Shown here piece after piece: positions 1 through 11,628 of a DNA stretch of 20,000 nt. Every line of letters begins with the position of its first letter. Within the stretch, counting starts at the first letter, position 1. This stretch comes from Atractiella rhizophila (lineage: Eukaryota). The notes beneath the pieces are model-generated. The model had not been told where the DNA came from. It saw nothing but the letters and a program-made list of their open reading frames with translations, and ran no database searches. The translations under genes were made by a program, and so were the position numbers. The stretch is from assembly GCA_021432655.1 (NCBI GenBank), contig MU271374.1:59178-79177 (forward strand). The letters are read 5' to 3'.

Positions 1-2
1 GC

Positions 3-1590
3 GCTGGCATTTACATAGACGCTGGGTCACGGTATGAGTATGGGCGCACGAGCGGTTGCTCTCATCTGCTAGATAGATTAGCATTCAAGGTGAGTATCTC
101 TTTGGATCTGCGGAGGAAGAACACTGGGTGAAAGTGCGTTGTAGAGCACCTCAAATCGCACAAGCGAGGAAATGATGGACGAAATCTCAAAATTGGGAGG
201 CCAATTCATCTCTTCTTCTTCTCGTGAAGCTATCCACTATCAAGCCGTCTCGTACTCCAACACTCTCCCTCAAATTCTTTCCGTCCTCTCCGACACCGTC
301 CTCTCCCCAGCGATCACTTCAGAAGAACTCGAAGACCAGCGGTTAACAACTGCTTTCGAGGTGCTGGAGATCAAGCAGAAACCAGAGATGATTCTTCCTG
401 AGCTCCTCCATGAGGTAGCTTGGGAAGGGAACACGCTAGGGAATCCGCTAATGTGCGACACAGAGCGTTTAGGAACCATCCAAGCGCACGAGATTCAGGA
501 GTACTGGCGGGAATGGTATCAACCCGACAAAATCCTGGTCGCAGCTGTCGGAGTGGATCATGAAGAGCTGCTCAAACTATCAGAACGCTATTTCGGACAC
601 CTAGAGGCACGTAAAGCCCCATCGAATGCGACACTCAATGCTCGACAAAGCGTACCACCTCACCTCCTCCATCCATCGTCCAACAACACGCGACCCGGTT
701 TGTTTAAAAACCTCTCAACATTTTCACCTTCGCTCGCATCAGTCTCATCTCTCTTCCCCCAGTCGTCCCCAAGTCCCTACAACTTCTCTTCCCATCCTTC
801 AGTTGCCGAGCTCTCCTCCCTTCCTGCCCGCTACACCGGCGGCCAAGTCTACCTCCCAAAACCCGATTCCGAATTCACTCACCTTTTCGTTGGTTTTGAA
901 GGGCTCCCCGTATTTTCTCCAGACATTTATACCCTCGCTACCCTGCAAGTCTTATTAGGAGGAGGAGGCTCCTTCTCGGCTGGAGGTCCTGGCAAAGGGA
1001 TGTACTCGCGGCTATACACCAACGTTTTGAACCAGTACTACCTGGTAGATCACTGTGCCTCCTTCCATCACTGCTATCGCGATTCCGGACTTTTCGGGGT
1101 GGCCATCTCTGTCCATCCGACTGCGATGGGGTCAGCAGGAGAAATAGTTGCGCGGGAACTCTACAATGTGACGGGAGAGGGCAGGGGAGGAATAACGGAG
1201 ACGGAACTTTCGAGAGCGAAGAATCAGCTCAAGAGCTCGATGGTCATGGCACTCGAGAGCAGGCTGGTGCAATGTGAGGATTTGGGGAGACAAACTCAGA
1301 CACATGGACGAAAAGTCAGCGCTCAGGAAATGCAGGAGCGGATAGATGAAGTTACGGTACAAGATATCTATCGTGTCGCTAAACACGTCTTCACTAGAGG
1401 AGAACCGACGATTCTTGGAATGGGAGAGAATGTGGAGACCTTGGGCGATGTTGCTGGGACGTTGAAGCGGTGGGGTTTTGGGAGTGGGAAGGTTCGGACG
1501 AGTTTTAGGGTGAAGAAGAAGTGGATGGATGATTTAGAGGTATACGAAGCACAGAAGAGGATGATGGAACAAGAGTCAGCTTCTTCTTAA
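3..1590 (+). CDS. MAS2: Mitochondrial processing peptidase alpha subunit (M16 family), 5' end outside window; exons <3..89 and 145..1590
   Basis: Exon 3..89 translates [29 protein letters not shown]. Intron GTGAGT(90)..TAG(144) joins in frame to the 472-aa ORF, which carries the alpha-MPP glycine-rich loop [20 protein letters not shown] and [19 protein letters not shown]. Confidence 0.95.
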
Positions 1591-1785
1591 TTCTAACTTA
1601 TTCCCATTCCCTGTAATGCATACCCCGTCGTCGTTCAGTCAGCTTCAGCTCCACAAGTACTTCACTTTGACGCCTTATTGGATGACCCCTGCAGTACAAA
1701 GAAATGAAAGCACAGATTGGATTACAGTTAAAGAGAGAAATATCGAAACTTTTGGAGACAAGTAGCAACATGATGTCGATGTCAC

Positions 1786-4700
1786 TCAGATAGTGAACTC
1801 GGATTGAAGCCTGATATCCCTCGAGCTCGAACCGATGTGAACGGTGTATTTCCCCTTGGGAATGGTCCACTTTTGGGCAACGACGTCCCAGATGGACTAT
1901 TTGTATAGCGTTAGAAGCATGCTTCTGTATACGGGATGATGAACGTACGATATCTTTGGCCCTCAGCTTCAGGGACACTTGCTCTGTCTGTCCTTTCTTG
2001 ATGAAGACTCGATCAAAGTCCCTCAAAACCTTAGGAGGCTCCTCTGCATTGATCCTTCAGCACAAAGGCCTATCTGGGGATGAGAAAACTCACGGGCAGA
2101 CTTGGGGTATTCGAGGTAAAGTTGGTAGACCTCGTTTCCATCACTTGATCCAGTGTTCTTGATCTTGAAGGAAGCAGTGTAGGCATCATCGTAGAGGTAA
2201 GTTGGGCCACCAGAAGCCTTGACGATTTGAGCAGGAGCAGAGGTAGGTCCTACCTTCTTGACCTTGAGGTTGGAGTAAGAAAAGGTGGTGTAGCTGAGAC
2301 CGAAACCGAATTCGAAGCGAGGGGCAATGTTCTTCGCGTCAAAGTATCTGTAGTCGATGTTGAGCTTCTCCTTATAAGTGATCTGAGGAATGGTGTTCGG
2401 TTCAGCATCGTAGAGGACATCAGCGTTGTAGTCTGAGCGCTTCTTTGCCCAAGTGTAAGGAGTGCGACCGGAGGGGTTGACCTTGCCGAAGAGAATGTCG
2501 ACGATAGCATTTCCAGACTCTTGCCCAGGAAGTCCGGCGGCGAGGACGGCGGTGACGTTCTATACGTCGAGACCTCAGCGATTTGCTGTATTGTTGCTGA
2601 ATGAGACACACCTTGTGGTTGATCCAAGCCTCAACATCGACTGGTCCTACATTGTGCATGATGACTACAGTGTTGTCGCATTCAGAGGCCTAAGAGACTG
2701 GTGAGCGAATTGCGTCGAGCGGAGGACAAAAACATACAGTGGTCTTGATCAACTCATTACCAGCGTGCCAGAGCGTGAGGTTGTTCCTATCACCAGCGTT
2801 TCCGTCGACAGTGATCTAACCTTGAATTAAGCATCAAATGTCTCCTAGCACGATTGAAAACTCACGTATCCCTCACCAGAGTCAGAGTTAGCGAAGACAA
2901 GGCAGACTTCAGCCTGACGAGCGACAGCGCGAATTTGACCGTAGTTGAAGTCGTCGAGGACGAAACTAAGAAAAATTGTGAGTTATGCTCAGAGGAAGGA
3001 AAAGGAACAAGATATACTCAATGGGAGTGGAGGGACTGTGGGCGTTCATGTAGCTCTGGATGGCAGCGAGGGGATCGATGAGGTAAGGGAAGTTAGCCTA
3101 ACGCAGGACGGACGCAAAGTCAACATCACAGTTGCAAAGGTAGATTAGCTATTCGAGAAGAGCGCTCACAGTTCCAGATCCCCATCCCATGGCGAGGGTT
3201 CCTTCGTCACCACCACGATCAGAGAACCCATTGGGTCCTCCCTTGGCTGGTCCGGCATCAGAACCGATGACGGCAATGCGCTTGAACTTCTTCTCGTTCA
3301 GTGGGAGAGCTTTCTTGACGTTTTTGAGGAGGACGGTTGAAGCTGCACCAATATCCCTGATAATCTTATAATGATCGTCCTGGACATTGATGTGCTCGTT
3401 CCTATTTAGACACAGTTGAGCAGTTATGATTTGATATGGCAAAAAAGAGAAACTCACACTAAGGCACCATTTTTGTCGTAGGTGTCTTGGAAGTTGTCTG
3501 TTAAGAAATAGCTATTAGATCTTGGACACACAAATGAGGTGAACGAAAGACATACAATTGAAGTTGAGGTGAGGGTAGTTTTTGTCTTGTCCAAGCTTGT
3601 AGTAGGCAGACATCGTGCGCACAACCATGTCAGTAACACGAGCCTGCAAGCAGTAATCATTAGAATACCGCAGTGAAGAGGGAACATCATCTGAGCGTAC
3701 CTCGGGAACAGAGCCGTTGCGGACTGCTTCGATCAAGGCACTTCCCCAGTAGCTATGGGTAGTGTTGGTCGGGTTGGGTTCGCTTGGTCTTCCATCGTAA
3801 GCGGTGAATCCAGGCATGTTCATATCGGTACTGTATATTAATGGTAAGTATTCAGCGTTCACGAAAAAGTTGTAGTGCTCACCCAGCAAGAGCACTGTTG
3901 ACACCAGAGACCATAGCTGCCCAATCAGAGAGCATGAAACCCTGGAAGTCGAGCTCGTCCTTTGCGAGACCATTAATGATCTTGGAGTTCTCGCAGGCGT
4001 GAGTCTGGTTGATCCTGTTGTAAGAGCACATGATCGAACCGACTCCGGCGTGTACCGATTCAGCGAAAGGCCAAGCGTAGACTTCATGCATGGTGCGGTC
4101 GTCGATGTCTGCCGATACCAATGATCAGGACTTGGCCTTAAGTATGCAGGAGAATAGCATCGCACTGGAGGAAGAGGTTTGACCTCCAGATCCACCACGG
4201 TAGTGTTCCTGCTCATTACCGACGAAATGCTTCGCGTTGCTGGTCAGGTTCTCATTAGGCTGAGTAATTATGTTAAGGTAGTGAGACGAACGCAATGACG
4301 CCTTGTTCCTGGACTCCCTTAATGTGAAGGGCAGCCGCAATACCAGCGAAAGACGGATCGGCTCCCCAGCCTTCCCAGTTCCTGTACAACTAATGTCAAT
4401 GACGAGCTCGTTGCATTGAGACAGGAGCAGGAAGCGCACCTTCCTCCAGCGGCGACACGTCCCAAGTTCATCATGGGACCCAAGTGAACATTGATACCCT
4501 TGCCTCTGAACTCTTGGCCCATAGCCACGGCACGCTTGTAGATGAGATCTTTGCTCCACGTCTACATGCATAATGTTCAGCAAATGCCACAAAGGGGACA
4601 AGGGGGACGTACAGCAGCAGCGTTGATGGCTGCAGGGAAAGCGGAAACGTAGTCCGCGAGCCTGACCCCTAGAGTGATTTGTCCCTGTCAATCATGTATT

Positions 4701-5192
4701 CTTGTTCTGAGAGTTGTTCACATACCCAGTGGGCCATCTTCCAGGCAGAATCCTTTGAAGCCAAGTCGCGTAATCTCACCTATGAGAACCAAGCGTCACT
4801 AAGAGCTCTGCAAGGTATCACAGAGAGAAGAACTAACCGGTCACACCGACACACCGTCCATCGGTTCCAACACCCTTGACATTCGGTCAGTCTAAGTCCA
4901 CACTTTGAAGTAGGAGGCGAACGGTGGTCAGGTTGACCTTCTCCTCAAGGGTGAGCTTGTTGACGAACTTGAGAGCTTTGGCGTGAGCTTCTTCCCATCC
5001 ACCATTTCCGGTTTGTGGGGGAGAAGGCAGGACCAGAGGTGAGGTCCATTCCTCGTATCCCGGTGGTGCTTGATCAGGTTCTCCAAGCTGGATGTTTTTG
5101 ATGCCCACTCCGTCGGTTCTTTGGTGGCGTTGGAAGCCGTCCGCTGCAAAGGAAGTAGCGACGAGTGAGAGGATTAGGGATTGGGAGACCAT
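1786..5192 (-). CDS. Secreted glycoside hydrolase family 3 beta-glucosidase, many exons
   Basis: Signal-peptide-like start [18 protein letters not shown]3 motifs across exons: [63 protein letters not shown] (catalytic nucleophile Asp), [17 protein letters not shown]-terminal FnIII-like end [33 protein letters not shown], with TGA at 1786-1788. Confidence 0.93.
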
Positions 5193-5597
5193 GTTTTCGC
5201 GATGATACGATAATCAACGAATGTGTGTGTTCTAAGGAAAGTGATGTGTCTAAGCTGCGTTAGAGCTTGACCAATAAAATGAGAGTGTTGAGAGATGCCC
5301 TCTTAGAGAAAAGGAAAGGGAAAAAGGCACTAGTCGCTTTTATGATCGACCCCATGGGACAGCCGGGACAGCCCAGAATCTGACGAGGCGCTAATTTTTC
5401 GGAACGCGTGCATGAATTACGAAAGAGCGTTTCAGGCAATAAAAATGCGGAGTCTGGCGAAGCTCTCATGCCTCCACACATCCTCCTGTGCGGGGGAAAG
5501 CGTGCAGGACCACTTCAAACTGAGGAATCTTTCATCGATTCATCAAATTCTTCAAACCCGTCTCGGCACCACACGTTTTGCGATCACGATTGCCATC

Positions 5598-8500
5598 ATG
5601 AAACTGTCGTGGGTGCGGACAAGATGGCTCACAGGCAAGAGGAAACACATGCCGTACCTAACTCCTCTCATAACTCCAAGGTTCGCGTTCAAGATCCACT
5701 CAGCTCGGCTACTGGAACAATGTCTCAGTGGAGCGATGGAGTATCGATGGAGCGGGATACCCAGCCTGCAAAGTTGATCCAACTGACGCTCGCTGTGTTC
5801 CACTGTAGATAGTTACCGATTCATTTCCTCCCTTCTTAATCTTCGAAAGTCCATACGAGCTTTCGCAGCGCTCCATCCTCAGAGCTCAAGCGAGAAAGCA
5901 ACTATCACCGTTGTCGACACTGCCCTTCATTTGATAGTTGCTTCGATCCTACCTTCCAACACTAGAACACCGAAGGTAGCGGAGGATGAAGAGCTGGGAC
6001 AAGGTTTTGTGTGGCTTCCTGGTATGTTCCCTCCGTTCCGTTCCTACGTGTGAGACTGAAAGGGAAAGTAGATGCTGTGGATGAATGGATCGATCTCTTG
6101 AGTTATGGGACGGATGCAGTTGTCGCGGATAACATAATCATCATCTCCTACATTATCCATATTTTGGACGAAAACATTGACATCTCGAGGTCAGTCCTCT
6201 TGCAGGTTTCAAGTTACAAGGGATTATTTATTATAGCTTATACGATGGCTTTAGGAAACCGCGTCTCAATGCCTTTGCTTCTTACATACACTCCTCAGCA
6301 TGCCAACAGCTCTCCCCACTCGTACTTTCCCTTCTCCTCGCTCTCATCGCCTACCTGCATCCATCATCATCTATAATACCACCCCCCACACTGATACATC
6401 ATCTCTCGTCCATACTCCTTTCTTCTTCTAGGGACTCGGAGGTGACAACAGCGCAACATGTGCTTCTGCGCTCATTCCACCTCTTCTTCCCTCTATTCCC
6501 GACTTCGAAAGAAGAACAGACCAAGACACTTGCGCAAATGGTCATTATCTGGATCGTGGCAGAATTCGATCTGGAATGGGAACGTATGTTATTCCGAATG
6601 GAGGGTTCGATCGACACTGGAGTGCTCGAGAAAGAGGAAAGGGATCGTAAAAACGCGAGGGTGGCAGAGATCATGTGTGAAGAGAGTCGAAAGGAGTTGC
6701 TGATGGTTCGTACGTCGCCTTCTCTCCATTGTCAATGGCTCAAGTGACCAGTAGTCTTCGATTGCCTTTTTACGCAGATGGCCAACAGATTCAGACAGAC
6801 ACCTGAGGGATAGAACTCTAGAAGTCATACTCCTCGTTCTGCTTCGTTCTGGACGTCATGATCGGGATTTGATGTTAGAACTTGAAGGAGTGTTTCCCAT
6901 CCTATTTGGTGAGGATGAACTCTTTCACAACTGTCCACAAAGTTTATTGCCCCTATATCTGTGTGAAACTTGACTAATTCGAGAGTTAGTCGCAAACATC
7001 TTTAACCATCTCCTCATCAGGGTTCCAAAGGACATCCTTTCCTCGACCCTTTTAAATACCTCCTTCGACTTTTCTGCCTGCTTTTCGCTCTTATCAACAA
7101 CTATGTCAACACATTACCTCCACTTTGTATCCATTGCCCTCTCGACCTCTGTCCCCGCTCCTCCGCTCCCCATCCTTGCCAAAGACGCTTTATTCAAACA
7201 TTTCAGCGAATCTCAAGACACCGCAACTCTCTGGCTCATCGTCATTCTTCGACTAAGGGGTAAACTGAAAGCGAGAGAAGAGATGGACAAATTGGCAGCT
7301 AGGTTGCCCCAGTGTCAGAAGGAAGAAAACATCTGTGAGCCTTCGTACAACTCTCCTTTGACAATCGAATGTACCAGGAGGAATCGCTGATAATATATAC
7401 ACAGACCCAGCTGCCATCTTTGCTATTTTAGATGTTACGAAATGGAAAGATCCTGCGCTCAGTTTAAGATATTGGAACTGGCTTCGCGAAAAGCTACCAA
7501 CTGACGCTCGCTGTGTTCCACTGTAGATAGTTACCGATTCATTTCCTCCCTTCTTAATCTTCGAAAGTCCATACGAGCTTTCGCAGCGCTCCATCCTCAG
7601 AGCTCAAGCGAGAAAGCAACTATCACCGTTGTCGACACTGCCCTTCATTTGATAGTTGCTTCGATCCTACCTTCCAACACTAGAACACCGAAGGTAGCGG
7701 AGGATGAAGAGCTGGGACAAGGTTTTGTGTGGCTTCCTGGTATGTTCCCTCCGTTCCGTTCCTACGTGTGAGACTGAAAGGGAAAGTAGATGCTGTGGAT
7801 GAATGGATCGATCTCTTGAGTTATGGGACGGATGCAGTTGTCGCGGATAACATAATCATCATCTCCTACATTATCCATATTTTGGACGAAAACATTGACA
7901 TCTCGAGGTCAGTCCTCTTGCAGGTTTCAAGTTACAAGGGATTATTTATTATAGCTTATACGATGGCTTTAGGAAACCGCGTCTCAATGCCTTTGCTTCT
8001 TACATACACTCCTCAGCATGCCAACAGCTCTCCCCACTCGTACTTTCCCTTCTCCTCGCTCTCATCGCCTACCTGCATCCATCATCATCTATAATACCGC
8101 CCCCCACACTGATACATCATCTCTCGTCCATACTCCTTTCTTCTTCTAGGGACTCGGAGGTGACAACAGCGCAACATGTGCTTCTGCGCTCATTCCACCT
8201 CTTCTTCCCTCTATTCCCGACTTCGAAAGAAGAACAGACCAAGACACTTGCGCAAATGGTCATTATCTGGATCGTGGCAGAATTCGATCTGGAATGGGAA
8301 CGTATGTTATTCCGAATGGAGGGTTCGATCGACACTGGAGTGCTGGAGAAAGAGGAAACGGATCGTAAAAACGCGAGGATGGTAGAGATCATGTGTGAAG
8401 AGAGTCGAAAGGAGTTGCTAATGGTTCGTACGTCGCCTTCTCTCCATTGTCAATGGCTCAAGTGACCAGTAGTCTTCGATTGCCTTTTTACGCAGATGGC

Positions 8501-9770
8501 CAACAGATTCAGACAGACACCTGAGGGATAGAACTCTAGAAGTCCTACTCCTCGTTCTGCTTCGTTCTGGACGTCATGATCGGGATTTGATGTTAGAACT
8601 TGAAGGAGTGTTTCCCATCCTATTTGGTGAGGATGAACTCTTTCACAACTGTCCACAAAGTTTATTGCCCCTATATCTGACTGAAACTCGACTAATTCGA
8701 GAGTTAGTCGCAAACATCTTTAACCGTCTCCTTATCAGGGTCCCAAAGGACATCCTTTCCTCGACCCTTTTAAATACCTCCTTCGACTTTTCTGCCTGCT
8801 TTTCGCTCTTATCAACAACCATGTCAACACATTACGTCCACTTTGTATCCATTGCCCTCTCGACTTCCGTCCCCGCTCCTCCGCTCCCCATCCCTGCCAA
8901 AGACGCTTTGTTCAAACATTTCAGTGAATCGCAAGACACCGCAGCCCTCTGGCTCATCGTCATTCTTCGACTAAGGGGTAAACTGAAAGCGAGAGAAGAG
9001 ATGGAGAGATTGGCAGCTAGGTTGCCCCAGTGTCAGAAGGAAGAAAACATCTGTGAGCCCTCGTACAACTCTCCTTTGACAATCGAATGTACCAGGAGGA
9101 ATCGCTGACAATATATACAGACCCAGCTGCCATCTTTGCTATTTTAGATGTTACGAAATGGAAAGATCCTGCGCTCAGTTTAAGATATTGGAACTGGCTT
9201 CGCGAAAAGCTGTTAGAGCTATTGCTTCGCAGATCAGAAGTTATTCCTAGTGCGCCAGTTCAGGTTCCACGCATTGCAGGAAGGTGACCGGGTAACAGAA
9301 TGGACACAGAAGGTCTCAATCCTCTGTTCCTCTTGTAGAACACTGCTTAGGAGGATATCTCCTTCTAACAGTGCGCCATCTGGCTCCACCCATTCTTTTC
9401 TAACGAAAGATTCCACACAGCGAAATACCTGTTGCAGACGCAACTCACTATCGAGCTGTGCCAGCAAGCAACAGCCTTACCTATGGAGCTAGAATGCGTC
9501 AAGGGATTCCTCGACGATGTAAGATCCTCCAATGCCATGGTCAGCTACCGTGCTAAAGCGCTGATACATGTTAGGTGGAGATTGCTCGTCGGAGGATGAA
9601 AGGGTCGCAAACGCCATGGGTTGAATGGACAGGGGTCACTGTATGTCCTCTATCAACTCGTCACTTTTGCTCACAAATGGCGGTAGGCTTTGAATGAGGA
9701 CGAGTTAGTCTTGATGTTGCTAGCGCAATCACGGCTGGACGAGGCAACTGGCACACAAAATTCGGTCTGA
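5598..9770 (+). CDS. Unknown multi-exon protein, possibly mitochondrial, interrupted by an internal tandem duplication; copy 1 has a premature stop
   Basis: Hand splicing gives a continuous frame. Exon 5598-5634 (MKLSWVRTRWLT), GC-AG intron 5635-5680, exon 5681-5740, intron 5741-5808, exon 5809-6021, intron 6022-6071, exon 6072-6189, intron 6190-6254, exon from 6255, and onward to ..LDEATGTQNSV* at 9770. About half of the exonic differences between the duplicate copies are synonymous in this frame. No family recognised; 3' exon boundaries are approximate. Confidence 0.6.
5779..9211 (+). repeat. Direct tandem duplication: copy 1 at 5779-7495, a 1-nt spacer (A, 7496), copy 2 at 7497-9211
   Basis: Both copies begin CCAACTGACGCTCGCTGTG and end CGCGAAAAGCT. 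Offset is 1718 nt (ORFs at 6011 and 7729 are identical) and becomes 1716 after a 2-nt intronic indel near 7400. About 27 substitutions by manual alignment. Confidence 0.98.
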
Positions 9771-9855
9771 AAATACTTCATATTGCATAGTAGCATAGAT
9801 TTTGAACAGCCGAAGGAGCAGTCGTGAAACCCATGGAGGAAAGAAGTGAGGTCAA

Positions 9856-10614
9856 TTACTCGGCGACGGCAGGGAATTCGAAGTGAACCTATCAGCAGCA
9901 GTAGGCATCAGTGAGAGTTCTCGAGCCGGATACAGAACGCAAGACGCACCTCTTTTCCTGTGAGCCTCCGGTACACTGACGAGAAAGAGTCGAGCTTGTA
10001 CTCGAGGGAAGTGGCATCTTTGGAATCTAGGAAGACCTTGATGACTCTAGACCCATCGACGTTTTGGCGAGTCCTCTTGCCAGTGATTTCCTGTCATGTT
10101 ATATCTTCACACCTTTGCCCGCGGTGAACCGAAAGGAACGCACGGTAGGGTAAACCAGATCCTCCAAAATCTTCTCGTGGACTTCCTTCAGGGTCCTAGA
10201 CCTAGGACGCATCTGCTTAACTCGTGATCCCCTCGATGGCTTCCTCATCATCCTCCTTTGGCCAATGAAGACGACGTGACGCTCAGAGAACTTCTTCTCC
10301 AACTCCCTCGTAAGCCTTTCAATTATTCTATTCAACACTTTCCTGTCCCACTTCAGCAGAGGAGATGCCTACCTTCCCTGAATCTTCCTGAAAGCTCTGA
10401 TCATCGGCACTGGGACAAAGATAACGATAGCTTTCCTTCCACCTTTAAGGTCGACCTCGCGAGCCGCCGAGATCTGAAGCACCCTCAATTCACTCTTGAG
10501 GTCGTTGACATTGGATTCGAGATCGAGCAGAGCCTGGGCGACTTCGAGTTCGAGTGGGGAGGGGGTGGTGCGTGGTGCGTTCGCAACGCGGATAATTTTC
10601 GAAGAAGCGGACAT
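9856..10614 (-). CDS. RPS7: 40S ribosomal protein S7 (eS7), 4 exons
   Basis: Exons translate [37 protein letters not shown] / [43 protein letters not shown] / [32 protein letters not shown] / [13 protein letters not shown] at 9856-9858. Confidence 0.97.
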
Positions 10615-10827
10615 GATGCTACGACGATTTCAGTTACGAAGCTCAGATAACAGGAAGAACGACTGACTGGCTCGGGAATCGACCGAAAATACTCCTACCT
10701 GCCAAAAGAAAATAAACGAGCCTTAAAGTGTAAGACTTACAACCTTAGTCTACCTGCTTGTTGATAGTTGTCTATTGAGTCATGCTTTTAAAATGACATC
10801 AGGACGACCCCGCTTTATTATGCAGCA

Positions 10828-10835
10828 TATATAAA
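10828..10835 (+). promoter_or_regulatory. Putative TATA box for the NDUFA4-like gene, in the ~300 bp divergent interval shared with RPS7
   Basis: TATATAAA about 80 nt upstream of ATG 10914, followed by a pyrimidine-rich stretch. Confidence 0.45.
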
Positions 10836-10913
10836 GACCTTCGCCCTTCTTTGTCACTCAGCTATTTACTTCATTGACATTGGAAAAACATTCCATTGAT
10901 ATAAACTAAAGAA

Positions 10914-11333
10914 ATGACCATCAGATATTTCTCGCGGTCGCCTGCCACCCGCCAAATGGCGCACTCGTCCCGAATGTTCACAACTTCCGCTCCTCAGCGT
11001 TTGGGATGGAATCCTCCAGTCGGAATGAGCGGGGCCGCAAGGAGGCTCAAAGTGTGAGCTGTGAATTTTACAGAGAGATTATGATGGGTTGAGAAAGGGA
11101 TTGCAGTCCCCCTGAAACTTGGCCATTGTTTGGTGTGATCTCGATTGCATTCGTTGGCGGAGTGGTGGCAATTGCGAAACATTTCTATTCTGACCAAACT
11201 GTGCGTCTTTGATAGTTTTTCCTGATCATTCTATGAGTTGAACGTCAAAACGCAGATTCGTATCGCTCCTACACCTCCTCATGGACCAGGATATAAAGAT
11301 AAGAAACTGACAGAGAAGGTAAAGGAAGCGTGA
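10914..11333 (+). CDS. Small mitochondrial membrane protein, NDUFA4/COXFA4 (MLRQ/B12D)-like, ~103 aa; exons 10914-11053, 11107-11200, 11256-11333
   Basis: Introns GTGAGC..CAG (53 nt) and GTGCGT..CAG (55 nt) keep the frame. Product: MTIRYFSRSPATRQMAHSSRMFTTSAPQRLGWNPPVGMSGAARRLKVPPETWPLFGVISIAFVGGVVAIAKHFYSDQTIRIAPTPPHGPGYKDKKLTEKVKEA*. It has an Arg/Ser/Thr-rich, acid-free presequence, then PPExWPL, one TM helix and DxTIRI, as in fungal MLRQ proteins. Confidence 0.75.
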
Positions 11334-11628
11334 CAGCTGTTTAAGGTTCCGTATTCGTTCCAGCATTTCGTTTCTTCTCCTGTTTTGCCAAACGAAAATC
11401 GAAGTCAACATGTACTAAAAGGAGCTTCAGTATTGGCAATGTATAAGCTAGTTATTCTGTGAGCGTTATCGTCATCTGTGCTGCAGATCAAACTATCAAT
11501 CAAGGTCTGTGCCTTCTTCTCTCAGGAGGCATTGGGAGTTGTTTGACAGTCTATTCCTGTAAAATCTGTGAAAATTCTTTAGCACTCTCTGGTTCCGTCG
11601 CCCTGTTGAACCTTGCAATCATTTCCCC

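Noticed and set aside
3515..4691. Long minus-strand ORFs of 233 aa and 188 aa as separate genes
   Set aside because: They are read-through of alternating GH3 exons, introns and off-frame sequence.
6627..7400. RIP as the cause of divergence between the copies
   Set aside because: Differences include many transversions and transitions in both directions, with no consistent dinucleotide context.
5779..9211. Duplication as LTRs or a transposon
   Set aside because: The copies are directly adjacent, consist of host exons and introns, and show no TG..CA ends, TIRs, target-site duplication or transposase/RT motifs.
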